A DNA stretch of 32,000 bases from Zymomonas mobilis subsp. mobilis ATCC 10988 (GTDB lineage Bacteria; Pseudomonadota; Alphaproteobacteria; Sphingomonadales; Sphingomonadaceae). Both the position numbers and the translations under genes were made by a program. The notes under the pieces were generated by a model. It saw nothing but the letters and a program-made list of their open reading frames with translations. It was not told the origin of the DNA and did no database searches. Location of the stretch: assembly GCF_000175255.2 (NCBI RefSeq), contig NC_017262.1:1380001-1412000 (forward strand), written 5' to 3'. Positions 8,305 through 17,958 of this stretch are shown piece by piece (position 1 is the stretch's first letter; each line of letters begins with the position of its first letter).

Positions 8305-10716
8305 CTACAGACTGACATCGACCTTAAAGTAATAAAATCCGCCATTCATGCCTAATTGTGAGGTATTCATGTCATATTTGTGAATACCTATATAGCGATG
8401 CGCTAAAGGCAAACGTGTTGGATATCGATTAAACAAATTATTGGCACCAGCTGTCAAAGCCAGCTTGGCATTCACTCGATAGGTTATATCAAGATTGGTG
8501 GTATATTTAACCCGATTATGAAAAGGAAAGAATTCATAATTCGATAACAGATTTGTATTGGCCGCCCCGCCATAGTAAGAAAGCTGCGAGGTTGTATGTC
8601 CCCAACGGATTTCATGCAGGCCGACAATCCATTTTTTATCGCCACTGGTGAATTGACCGCCCCAGATAATTTTACTGCGTGGATAAGCGCTGGTGATATA
8701 GGCAATGCTTTGCTTGGTCAGAAGATCATTGCCATCAGCATCTTTTCCCTGATGAGTCAAAATCGTGCGATTGATATTGGCGGCTACACTCCAATCGATA
8801 TGGCCGATATCGCCTAAATAGGTTGGATAGCTGGCGGTAATATCAATACCTCGAGTGCGGGTATTGGCGACATTGGCAAACCAATGGGCATAAATAGAAG
8901 CGGGTGTCCAACTGGCCGCTGCCGCTGGCAAATTAAAGCCATCTAAGGCCAAGGCACTAGAGGCTTGATCTCCATAGATATTACCACCGGGTAAGATCTG
9001 CCCCCGTAATTTTATCTGATAGACATCGGCTGTAATATGTAGCCTTTTGATCGGTTCAAAAGTGACACCGGCCGTTATATTGGTTGAATGTTCCGGCTTC
9101 AATTTTTCAGAACCATTGGCCAAAGCCCCGACAGAACTCGGGCTGATAATACCCCCCGCTTGGGTTGGATAAAAAGTAACGGCGCTATAATATTCCTGTG
9201 CCAAGGTTGGAGCATGAAAGGCATTTGAAATAGTGCCTCTGAATCCTAACCATTTGAAAGGATCATAGCGCAAGGCAACCTTTCCGGTTTTGGTATCCCC
9301 GACATCAGAATAATGCTCGTAACGTCCTGCGACATCAATCTGTAGCTGTTTGACCAAATGGGTCGCTACATCGAAGTAACCGCCAAAGACATTTCGGCTG
9401 AATTTGCCTGCACTTTGGGCAGGTATACCGGGAAGAGCTTCTGACCCGCTGCCATAGGCAGATTCAAAACTACCTGCACCAATAGTATAGCTTTCATACC
9501 GATGGGTTGCGCCTCCTGCTACATTGATTACATGGGGCCAGCCGTTAATATGGAAAGCCTTGCTGAAATCAATACTATTGCTCCATTGCTGATTATTGAA
9601 ACGCTGGGCATTTTTAAAATTCGTCGGGGCTAGACCGGTATCTTTTGAAAGCTGAAGATTAGCCGAGTTTTTGACTCCGATACTATCATAATCACGACCA
9701 TAAACGCTGGATACATCCCAATTCCAGCCTTTGATCTGGCCTTTTAATCCGCCCGTTATTTCCCAGTCATTTTCATTAATGGTATCAACCGGCAAATAGC
9801 CATTGGGATAAATTGCGGCATAAGCCGGATAATCCGTCAAGGTAGAAGCAAGACGCGTGATTTCATTGGCTTCGGCATAACGATGAGCATAGGTAACCAG
9901 ACCATAGGCCTCGATATTATCGGTAATTTCGTAACCACCTTTGATTGCAAAACTTTCCCGTGTCTGTTCGGGCTGACCCAAAAATTTGTCTTTACTGTTG
10001 GTGCGTAAATCTTTTGAACTGCGATAGGTATGATTTTGGCGTAAAAAATCACCGCTGACATGCAAATAACCGCGTGATCCCAATTTGGTGCCACCATCCA
10101 GATAAACGCCTTGCTGAAAGCCGTCTTTAGCCGCGGTAATGCCCGTCAAAGTCTGGGCGTGAAAACCGTGATCCTGTTTTTTCAAAATAACATTGACAAC
10201 ACCGGCCACCGCATCGGAACCATATTGGGCAGAAGCTCCATCTCGTAAAACCTCAATATGGTCAATGGCCGCCATCGGAATCATATCGATATCTACGGGC
10301 GTTGTCCCTTGTTGCGGGCCTGCGACAGCAGAAAGATTAGCTGTGGTATGACGGCGTTTACCGTCTACCAAAACAAGGGTTTCATTAGAATTTAACCCCC
10401 TCAAACTCAAAGAATCGGTCAAGGCGCCGCTATCAAATCCAGCATTGGGAACGCTTAAGGAAGGCAATAATTGCGTCAGAGCATCGCGTAAACTGGGCAT
10501 CCCCGTCTGGGTCAGTTGTTTCGCTGAAATAATATCAATTGGAGAAATGCTTTCACTTGCCTTTTTACCCGTCTCTCGGGTGCCGGTAACAATAATGGCA
10601 TCTCCATTATTGACCGTGATATTATTTTTGTCGGCAGCTAAAACGGTATAAGGATATTGAAAAACACCGCATAAAAAAGAAAGATATAATCCTCCTTTTG
10701 GTATAAAATTTTTCAT
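8305..10716 (-). CDS. TonB-dependent receptor (outer membrane)
   Basis: 803 aa; signal peptide, GDAIIVTGTRETGKKA, plug domain NETLVLVDGKRR, VEVLRDGASAQYGSDAVAGVVNVILK, beta-barrel C-terminus. Confidence 0.97.
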   Translation of the reverse strand: MKNFIPKGGLYLSFLCGVFQYPYTVLAADKNNITVNNGDAIIVTGTRETGKKASESISPIDIISAKQLTQTGMPSLRDALTQLLPSLSVPNAGFDSGALTDSLSLRGLNSNETLVLVDGKRRHTTANLSAVAGPQQGTTPVDIDMIPMAAIDHIEVLRDGASAQYGSDAVAGVVNVILKKQDHGFHAQTLTGITAAKDGFQQGVYLDGGTKLGSRGYLHVSGDFLRQNHTYRSSKDLRTNSKDKFLGQPEQTRESFAIKGGYEITDNIEAYGLVTYAHRYAEANEITRLASTLTDYPAYAAIYPNGYLPVDTINENDWEITGGLKGQIKGWNWDVSSVYGRDYDSIGVKNSANLQLSKDTGLAPTNFKNAQRFNNQQWSNSIDFSKAFHINGWPHVINVAGGATHRYESYTIGAGSFESAYGSGSEALPGIPAQSAGKFSRNVFGGYFDVATHLVKQLQIDVAGRYEHYSDVGDTKTGKVALRYDPFKWLGFRGTISNAFHAPTLAQEYYSAVTFYPTQAGGIISPSSVGALANGSEKLKPEHSTNITAGVTFEPIKRLHITADVYQIKLRGQILPGGNIYGDQASSALALDGFNLPAAAASWTPASIYAHWFANVANTRTRGIDITASYPTYLGDIGHIDWSVAANINRTILTHQGKDADGNDLLTKQSIAYITSAYPRSKIIWGGQFTSGDKKWIVGLHEIRWGHTTSQLSYYGGAANTNLLSNYEFFPFHNRVKYTTNLDITYRVNAKLALTAGANNLFNRYPTRLPLAHRYIGIHKYDMNTSQLGMNGGFYYFKVDVSL

Positions 10717-11060
10717 ACCAAACCCCCATTTTAATTTTTAAATAAGAATCTCCTTGTTTTTAAATTTATATAACAATTTTTTACATTTAAAGTAATAATA
10801 TTTAAATGATGTTAAAATAAAAATATATTGCTTAAGTTTTTTAAAAATATAAAATACTGCGCAATTATTACAGATTAACCTGAAAAAATAAGATTTATAT
10901 TTATATTAATAAGCTGATAAATTGAGATAAAATCTCAAAAAAATATAAATTTCTCGGATGAGATCGTAAAATAATCTGATTAAAAATAAATATAAGGAAA
11001 CAAGAAGGCTATATTATTGAAAAATATATTGTTTATTCATCAGATATAGCCTTAATTTAA

Positions 11061-11288
11061 TTAAATACTACCAGCTAAAATAGCCGCATATTTACTCGGT
11101 ACAAATTCAATGATTTCGTAATCAGCTATTCCCTCTATCGAGAAGGGATCTTCTAACAAAATTTTTTCCAAATCCTCGCGTTTTATTTTACTGTTCACCA
11201 GTATAATACCAAAATTACTTGGGATATTGGCTATAAAATCTAGAAAATATTTAAAAATTTAATTCCATTCATAGTGAACAACAAACAT
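11061..11288 (-). pseudogene. Degenerate YciI-like (YCII-domain) protein gene with in-frame stop
   Basis: Minus strand from ATG at 11288 reads MFVVHYEWN*IFKYFLDFIANIPSNFGIILVNSKIKREDLEKILLEDPFSIEGIADYEIIEFVPSKYAAILAGSI*. The C-terminal half matches the YCII pattern (EDPF..xGIAxYEIIEFxPxK); the N-terminus MFVVHYEW is also family-like; GGAG-type RBS upstream. Not in the ORF track because of the TAA at codon 10. Confidence 0.7.
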
Positions 11289-11299
11289 AGAATAGTCTC

Positions 11300-12286
11300 C
11301 TACCATGCATAGGCTTCAGGCGCTTCTCCCTTTGGCCCCGGCCAAATCTCATCAAGTTTTTGTAAAATTTCAGGCGAAAGAGTGCAGGATAAGGCCTTAA
11401 AATTTTGATGGAGTTGTTCAACTGTGCGGGGGCCTGTGATGGCGGCTGTCACGACCGGATTATGCAGCACCCATGCCAAGGCCACTTCTGCGGGATGGCG
11501 GCCTAATTCACGACATAAATCTTCATAGGCCTCTAATTGTGGATAAAATTTATCCACTTGCTGAAAAATGTGAGGTGCTTTTTGGGTACCTTTTTTAAGA
11601 TCCTGCAATACGCCGCTTAGCAAACCCATCCCGACCGGACTCCATGGGATAAGCCCTATTCCATAATAACGTAATGCCGGAATGACCTCTAATTCAATAC
11701 TGCGCTGGGTAAGGTTATAAAGGCTTTGTTCGGAAGCTAATCCTAACAAATGCCGCGAGGTCGCAACATTTTGTGCAGTGGCTATATCCCAGCCAGCAAA
11801 GTTACTGCTACCCACATAAGTAATTTTGCCTTCACGGATTAACTGCTCCATGGCCTGCCAGATTTCTTCCCATGGCGTATGTCTATCAACGTGATGCATC
11901 TGGTACAGATCGATATGATCGGTTTTTAATCTCCGCAGGCTATCTTCACAGGCGCGCCGGATATGATAGGCTGACAAATGGCGATCATTAGGACCTGTTC
12001 CCATGGGTTGATAGACTTTGGTCGCCAGAACGATTTTGTCGCGACGGCCTCCTTGGGATAACCAGTTACCGATAATTTCTTCAGAAAGGCCAAAACCTTG
12101 TTCCATATCAGGCGATTGGGGGCCACCATAAACATCGGCAGTATCAAAAAAATTGATGCCATGCTCCAAAGCCTCATCCATTATTTCGAAGCTGGTAATT
12201 TCATCGGTCAAATATCCGAAATTCATTGTACCCAATTCTAACCGGCTTACTTTTAATCCGGTACGACCCAAATACGTATAATCCAT
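11300..12286 (-). CDS. Aldo/keto reductase
   Basis: 328 aa; MDYTYLGRTGLKVSRLELGTMNFG, DTADVYG, DLYQMHHVDRHTPWEE, IPWSPVGMGLLSG. Confidence 0.95.
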   Translation of the reverse strand: MDYTYLGRTGLKVSRLELGTMNFGYLTDEITSFEIMDEALEHGINFFDTADVYGGPQSPDMEQGFGLSEEIIGNWLSQGGRRDKIVLATKVYQPMGTGPNDRHLSAYHIRRACEDSLRRLKTDHIDLYQMHHVDRHTPWEEIWQAMEQLIREGKITYVGSSNFAGWDIATAQNVATSRHLLGLASEQSLYNLTQRSIELEVIPALRYYGIGLIPWSPVGMGLLSGVLQDLKKGTQKAPHIFQQVDKFYPQLEAYEDLCRELGRHPAEVALAWVLHNPVVTAAITGPRTVEQLHQNFKALSCTLSPEILQKLDEIWPGPKGEAPEAYAW

Positions 12287-12315
12287 TTCTAATAATCCTT
12301 ATTTTTAATTAAAAT

Positions 12316-13305
12316 CTATAAAGGAATTTTACTTTTAAATATTCTGGAATTATTATCTTTGTCATCACTGGTGACGATGAAGATTTCATTACTCTCTTTA
12401 TTGATAGCCATACTTGTTGTTCTTAAATTATGGCCTTCATCTCGACGAGGTAGTAGTATTTGAGCAAAGGCTATCCCTTGAGGAGAGAAGACCAGAACGC
12501 GCCCCTGACCATAGATCGCGACATAAATATTGCCGTTTTTATCGGTTCTGGTGGAATCGGGGGCCGCCCCCGTAAAATAATAAACCGCGTTAGTATCTAA
12601 AGGGACGATATGTGTCGGATCAGAGAGGGTTAAGCGGTATAAAATATTTCGGGCAAATTCCGTCACCCATACTTCTTTTCCGTTTGGGCTGATAGCAATG
12701 CCATTTGCCATTGCCAGATGGGGAAAAACGCTAACAGCGTTCTTCTTTTCAGGCGGAAGATAATAAATCCCGCCAGAAGGGTCAGTCGCATTACCGCGAA
12801 AATCGGATATATAAAGACCACCCAAGCGATCAAAAACAACATCATTTGGTAGCAGGCCAGCCGATACGGGAATAAGTATTTTTAGATTTTTTCCTTCGTG
12901 ATCAAGGCTCAATATCGCCCCTTTATTTTGGGCAATATCCAATGAGGCAATAATAATATGCCCTGTTTGATCAATGGCTAAACCACCAAGACTGATATCA
13001 TTCCGGTGAAATAGCGTTGATATTTCTTTATTTTTGCTGATGCGTAATATTCTTTTCCCGCTCAAATCAGAGAGAAGAAGCTTGCCATCTTGTTCAAATA
13101 CAGGGCCTTCAACGCCGTGAACGTCTGGCAGAGTTAGCCATTCCTCTGCAAAAACAGTCTGTAAATTCTGCTCAGAAGCGGGAATTGGGGCAAGGGAAGA
13201 CTCTTTTTTTAGGTAGTTTTCAGCATATCCTTTTTGTTCGAAAAAGAGATATGAAAACACTAAAGTACAAGCAAGACCAAAAAGTTTAAAAATACAAGCA
13301 AGCAT
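12316..13305 (-). CDS. SMP-30/gluconolactonase (lactonase)-like secreted or membrane-anchored beta-propeller protein
   Basis: 329 aa; N-terminal hydrophobic segment, EGPVFEQDGKLLLSDLSGKRI, LPNDVVFDRLGGLYISDFRG, MANGIAISPNGKEVWVTEF, GNIYVAIYGQGRVLVFSPQG. Confidence 0.82.
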   Translation of the reverse strand: MLACIFKLFGLACTLVFSYLFFEQKGYAENYLKKESSLAPIPASEQNLQTVFAEEWLTLPDVHGVEGPVFEQDGKLLLSDLSGKRILRISKNKEISTLFHRNDISLGGLAIDQTGHIIIASLDIAQNKGAILSLDHEGKNLKILIPVSAGLLPNDVVFDRLGGLYISDFRGNATDPSGGIYYLPPEKKNAVSVFPHLAMANGIAISPNGKEVWVTEFARNILYRLTLSDPTHIVPLDTNAVYYFTGAAPDSTRTDKNGNIYVAIYGQGRVLVFSPQGIAFAQILLPRRDEGHNLRTTSMAINKESNEIFIVTSDDKDNNSRIFKSKIPL

Positions 13306-13541
13306 TGTGTTCTCCTGCTACGAGAACACTTTAATTCTAAAATATATTTTTGATTAGATATATAATTAAAAAGATAGTTATGAATATGATTCATGAATAT
13401 TTTTTGAGATTAAAAATCCTCTATTTGAAATAGTATTATTAGGCTTTGTTATTAACGGATATTGTTATTTATAGAGATTAAGCAGGCCATTTCAAAAATA
13501 TCGAGATGATGCGCTCTCTATCAATTTTTGCTTTCTCTCTC

Positions 13542-13557
13542 TGTTCCACGTGAAACA
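13542..13557. promoter_or_regulatory. parS site (ParB-binding), one mismatch from the palindromic consensus
   Basis: TGTTCCACGTGAAACA versus consensus TGTTTCACGTGAAACA. Confidence 0.88.
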
Positions 13558-13669
13558 AAAAGGCCGCATTCCGACAAATTACAGGCTCTTTTCAGGCTTA
13601 AAACAAGGTTGATGATTGTTTTTCATCCCGAAAACTGTTTGATAGCTTTTTTCTGTTTCTCCCGTCTGG

Positions 13670-15535
13670 ATGATTTTTATCCCTGTTATGAAAGAGTTTT
13701 TCGACATTGTAGTCATAGGCGGCGGTCATGCCGGTTGTGAAGCTGCGGCGGTCGCCGCTCGTATGGGGGCGAAAACCGCTCTTGTGACGATGGACAGCGA
13801 ACAGATCGGGGCAATGTCCTGTAATCCTGCAATCGGTGGATTGGGAAAAGGTCATCTGGTGCGTGAAATTGACGCATGGGATGGCTTGATGCCTCATGCG
13901 GCCGATTATGCGGCTATTCATTACCGGATGCTCAACCGCAGTAAAGGCAGCGCGGTGCAAGGGCCCCGCATACAGGCTGACCGCAATCGCTATAAAAAAG
14001 CTATCCAGACGGCCTTAAAAGAACAAGCGCATCTTACCATTATTGAAGGCATGGCTGAATCCTTCCAGATGGATAAAGGCAAGGTCAAAGCTGTTCTTTT
14101 AGCGGATGGTCGTTCGCTAAAGACTGAAAGCGTGGTGCTTACAACGGGTACTTTTTTGGATGCGTGGTTGTTCTGCGGCGAAAAGAAATGGCGGGGCGGC
14201 CGGATCGGTGAACAACCTTCCATCGGTCTCGCTGAACAATTGAAAGCCCTTGATTTACCTCTGGGCAGATTAAAAACTGGCACACCGGCAAGACTGGATG
14301 GTCGAACTATCGACTGGGCAAGATTACAACGCCAGCCTTCTGATGAAGACGCTTGGACAATGGCCAGTTATGGCACGGGGCGGGTAGCCCCTCAAATTGC
14401 TTGTTCTTTGACGCGCAGTAATCAAAAAACCCATGATATTATTCGGGCTGGACTGGATCGCTCACCACTTTTTAGTGGCGCGATAGAGGGGCGGGGGCCT
14501 CGCTATTGCCCCTCTATTGAAGATAAAATCATGAAATTCGGTGATCGTGACGGGCATCAGATTTTTCTTGAACCAGAAGGACTTGATACACCGCTGATTT
14601 ATCCGAACGGCATTTCAACCTCTCTACCGGAAGACGTGCAGCAAGCCTTTATCAACAGCATAGAAGGCCTTGAAAATACCAAAATCGTGCAATTCGGCTA
14701 TGCCGTCGAATATGAATTTATTGACCCGCGCAGCCTGACCCATCAACTGGAATTAAAGGCCTTGAAGGGCGTTTTCTGCGCTGGTCAAATTAACGGCACC
14801 ACGGGGTATGAAGAGGCCGCCGCTCAAGGTCTGGTGGCGGGTATCAGCGCGGCTTGCGCGGTCGCCGGAAAAGCGCCTCCGGTTTTCGACCGTCGTAATA
14901 GTTATATCGGGGTAATAATCGACGATCTGGTTTTACAAGGCGTTACCGAACCTTATCGGATGCTGACGGCCAGAGCCGAATATCGTCTTGGTCTCCGTGC
15001 CGATAATGCCGTGACCCGTCTATCTGGTCAGGCCAAGGCCTTCGGTGCCTTGGGGACTGAAATGACGGATTTCGTTACCAAAAGATTGGCAGAACGTGAA
15101 AAATGCCAAAAATTATTGGAAAAAGCAGCCAGCAGTCGGGATATGCAAGCCGTCGGTGCTAATGTCACCGAAGGGGCATCGCATAGCTTATTTGAATGGC
15201 TTCGTTTCCCAGCGGTGACGCGGCAACATCTCGAAGCGCTTATACCGGAACTGACAGAATTCTCGGATGCGGTCGTCTCTGAAATAATCGACGACGGGCG
15301 TTATGCGCCTTATCTTGAAAGACAGGATGCCGAACTGGCGCGTTTGGCGGGGCATGACAATATGCCGCTTCCGGCTGAACTCGATTATGCGACTATTGCG
15401 GGTCTTTCTAATGAAATGGTCGAAAAATTTTCGGCTGCCCGTCCGCCTGACATGGCCTCCGCTTCACGGGTAAGAGGCGTTACACCGGCTGCGTTGGCCG
15501 CTATTTTAATTCATGCAAAAAAAGTGACCTTATGA
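13670..15535 (+). CDS. mnmG: tRNA uridine-5-carboxymethylaminomethyl(34) synthesis enzyme MnmG (GidA); true start may be ATG at 13688
   Basis: FDIVVIGGGHAGCEAAAVAARMGAKTALVT, CNPAIGGLGKGHLVREIDA, GVFCAGQINGTTGYEEAAAQGL. Confidence 0.98.
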   Translation: MIFIPVMKEFFDIVVIGGGHAGCEAAAVAARMGAKTALVTMDSEQIGAMSCNPAIGGLGKGHLVREIDAWDGLMPHAADYAAIHYRMLNRSKGSAVQGPRIQADRNRYKKAIQTALKEQAHLTIIEGMAESFQMDKGKVKAVLLADGRSLKTESVVLTTGTFLDAWLFCGEKKWRGGRIGEQPSIGLAEQLKALDLPLGRLKTGTPARLDGRTIDWARLQRQPSDEDAWTMASYGTGRVAPQIACSLTRSNQKTHDIIRAGLDRSPLFSGAIEGRGPRYCPSIEDKIMKFGDRDGHQIFLEPEGLDTPLIYPNGISTSLPEDVQQAFINSIEGLENTKIVQFGYAVEYEFIDPRSLTHQLELKALKGVFCAGQINGTTGYEEAAAQGLVAGISAACAVAGKAPPVFDRRNSYIGVIIDDLVLQGVTEPYRMLTARAEYRLGLRADNAVTRLSGQAKAFGALGTEMTDFVTKRLAEREKCQKLLEKAASSRDMQAVGANVTEGASHSLFEWLRFPAVTRQHLEALIPELTEFSDAVVSEIIDDGRYAPYLERQDAELARLAGHDNMPLPAELDYATIAGLSNEMVEKFSAARPPDMASASRVRGVTPAALAAILIHAKKVTL

Positions 15536-16197
15536 CACGGGAAGAAGCGCTCCTCTGGCTCGACCAGCATATCGGTATTTCACGTGAAACAGTGGAAAAG
15601 CTCGATGCTTTTGTCGCTTGCCTTCATGCGGAAATGGCGCATCAAAATTTGATCGCTCGCTCGACGGTCGATGATTTATGGGGGCGTCATATTATTGATT
15701 CCGCCCAACTTCTGCCCTTGGCCAGAAAGGAAGCCGCTTTTAACAAAAAAGCCTCTCCTAAAAGCTGGCTCGATCTGGGCAGCGGTGCGGGGTTTCCGGG
15801 CATCATCATTGCCATTCTTTCCGAAATGGCGGTGACTTTGGTTGAATCCCGCCGAAAAAGAGTTGAATTTTTAGAAAAAGCCGCTGAAGCTGCCGGAACA
15901 CCTGTCACTATTTTAGGGCAAAGGCTGGAAAATATCGAACCCCAAGCCTTTGATATTATTACAGCCCGCGCCTTCGCGCCTCTGGATAAATTATGGCGAC
16001 TGGCCTTTCCTTTCTCTCACAAGGAAAGCCTATGGCTGCTTCCCAAAGGGCAAAATGCGCGGACGGAACTAGAAGAGACCCGTAAATTATGGCAAGGTGA
16101 TACCCGAATAGAGGGGAGCGTCACCGATCCGCAATCGGCGATTATTGTCGCGACCCATATTCACCCCAAAAAACAAAAAACGGGGAAGAAAACGTGA
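15532..16197 (+). CDS. rsmG: 16S rRNA (guanine-N7) methyltransferase RsmG (GidB)
   Basis: 221 aa; WLDLGSGAGFPGIIIAI, position overlapping mnmG. Confidence 0.96.
   Translation: MTREEALLWLDQHIGISRETVEKLDAFVACLHAEMAHQNLIARSTVDDLWGRHIIDSAQLLPLARKEAAFNKKASPKSWLDLGSGAGFPGIIIAILSEMAVTLVESRRKRVEFLEKAAEAAGTPVTILGQRLENIEPQAFDIITARAFAPLDKLWRLAFPFSHKESLWLLPKGQNARTELEETRKLWQGDTRIEGSVTDPQSAIIVATHIHPKKQKTGKKT
15576..15591. promoter_or_regulatory. Second parS-like site inside rsmG
   Basis: TATTTCACGTGAAACA, one mismatch from TGTTTCACGTGAAACA. Confidence 0.8.
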
Positions 16198-16994
16198 TCA
16201 GAATCGCTATCGCCAATCAAAAAGGCGGCGTTGGAAAAACAACTTCTGCGATTAACCTTTCAACCGCTTTGGCGGCTATTGGCTGGCGGGTGCTGGTCAT
16301 TGATTTTGATCCTCAAGGGAACGCCTCAACTGGCCTCGGTATCAAACACGAACATCGTCGGGTTTCTGCCTATCAGGTGCTAACCGGCGAGGCGGCTTTG
16401 ACCGAAGGTGTGGTGAAAACGGCGGTTCCGGGATTGGAGATTATTCCGGCAACGGTCGATCTTTCCGGTGCAGAAATTGATCTTCTCAGTATCGGGGAAA
16501 GAACCCATCGACTGGCGCATGTGCTCGACACCGCGCCGCCTGACCGTTGGGATGCCTGTCTGATTGACTGTCCGCCCTCATTGGGACTTTTGACCGTCAA
16601 TGCTCTTGTTGCTGCCCATAAATTGATGGTGCCGCTGCAATGTGAATTTTTTGCCCTCGAAGGTTTGAGCCAGCTTCTAACCACTATCGAACGGGTGCGG
16701 TCACGCTTTAATCCCAGCCTGTCTATCCTCGGGGTTACGCTTACCATGTATGACCGCCGTAACCGGCTGTCCGATCAGGTCGCCGATGATGTGCGGGAAG
16801 TCTTGGGGCGGGTCGTTTTTAACACGACTATTCCTCGTAATGTTCGACTTTCCGAAGCGCCGAGCCATGGTATCCCCGCGTTAATTTACGATCATCGTTG
16901 TGCCGGATCAGAAGCCTATATGGCTCTGGCACGTGAAGTCATCGATCGACTTTCCAGTAAGAAAACTTTTTATCAATCACAGGTATCTGCATGA
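16194..16994 (+). CDS. parA: Chromosome partitioning ATPase ParA (Soj)
   Basis: 266 aa; IAIANQKGGVGKTTSAINLSTALA deviant Walker A, DFDPQGNASTGLG, LIDCPPSLGLLT. Confidence 0.97.
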   Translation: MIRIAIANQKGGVGKTTSAINLSTALAAIGWRVLVIDFDPQGNASTGLGIKHEHRRVSAYQVLTGEAALTEGVVKTAVPGLEIIPATVDLSGAEIDLLSIGERTHRLAHVLDTAPPDRWDACLIDCPPSLGLLTVNALVAAHKLMVPLQCEFFALEGLSQLLTTIERVRSRFNPSLSILGVTLTMYDRRNRLSDQVADDVREVLGRVVFNTTIPRNVRLSEAPSHGIPALIYDHRCAGSEAYMALAREVIDRLSSKKTFYQSQVSA

Positions 16995-17926
16995 GTTTCG
17001 ACAAGAAAAACCGTCCTCGTAAAAAAGGCGGCCTTGGTCGCGGTCTTTCCGCTTTATTAGGCGAGATTGCCGAAGAAACATTGGGCGATAATCCAGATAC
17101 TGGCAACGAAAATGCCCCCTCCGGCGCAGTTCGTAGTTTACCTGTTGCTGCTATTTTCCCGCATCCAGACCAGCCCCGCCGGATTTTTGACGAAACGGCC
17201 TTAAACGAACTCACCGAATCCATTGCCCAAAGGGGTGTTTTGCAACCGATCGTTGTCCGCCCGAAAGGAAGCGGCTGGCAAATCGTGGCAGGCGAACGCC
17301 GCTGGCGGGCTGCCCAGCGGGCAAGGCTGCATGATATTCCTGTTATTGTTCGGGAATTTGACGAATCCGAAACGCTGGAAGTTGCTCTGATCGAAAACAT
17401 CCAACGCTCGGAATTAAACGCAATTGAGGAAGCCAAGGCCTATCAACGCCTTGCCGAACAATTCGGCCACAGCCCCGAAGCATTATCCAAGCTCGTTCGG
17501 AAATCCAGAAGCCATATTACCAATCTGCTCCGCCTTCTCGATTTGCCCGAGGTGGTGCAGGATGCGCTGATTACGCGACAATTAACTATGGGACATGCCC
17601 GCGCCCTGATTACCGCTCCAGACCCACAAAAGCTGGCTGAAAAGGTCATCGAAAAAGGCTTATCGGTGCGCGATACCGAAAAGCTGGTGCAGGAAATTAA
17701 AAACGGCAAGAGTAAAGAACCACCCAGCAAAGCGAAAAAAGGCCAAACGCTGGCGGCTGACGGCGATGATGCCGATATTCTAGCCTTGCAGCAATTATTG
17801 ACAGAATCCCTGAAACTACCCGTCACCATCGCCTATAATGGCGAAAGCGGTACGATCAGCCTAGATTACAGCTCGATGGATGAATTAGACTTTCTCTTCC
17901 AACGGCTTTCCGGCTCTGATTTCTAA
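16991..17926 (+). CDS. parB: Chromosome partitioning protein ParB (Spo0J)
   Basis: 311 aa; RKKGGLGRGLSALLGE, HPDQPRRIFDE, GERRWRAAQRA, HTH region SHITNLLRLLDLP. Confidence 0.97.
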   Translation: MSFDKKNRPRKKGGLGRGLSALLGEIAEETLGDNPDTGNENAPSGAVRSLPVAAIFPHPDQPRRIFDETALNELTESIAQRGVLQPIVVRPKGSGWQIVAGERRWRAAQRARLHDIPVIVREFDESETLEVALIENIQRSELNAIEEAKAYQRLAEQFGHSPEALSKLVRKSRSHITNLLRLLDLPEVVQDALITRQLTMGHARALITAPDPQKLAEKVIEKGLSVRDTEKLVQEIKNGKSKEPPSKAKKGQTLAADGDDADILALQQLLTESLKLPVTIAYNGESGTISLDYSSMDELDFLFQRLSGSDF

Positions 17927-17958
17927 AATCCGCCAATCGTAATTGATGTGGTTTTCTC

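Noticed and set aside
13528-13960. ORFs overlapping the mnmG start
   Set aside because: Low-complexity or out-of-frame products overlapping parS and mnmG; no supporting motif.
16373-17829. Minus-strand ORFs over parA/parB
   Set aside because: Antisense shadow ORFs with no recognisable domains over conserved parA/parB.
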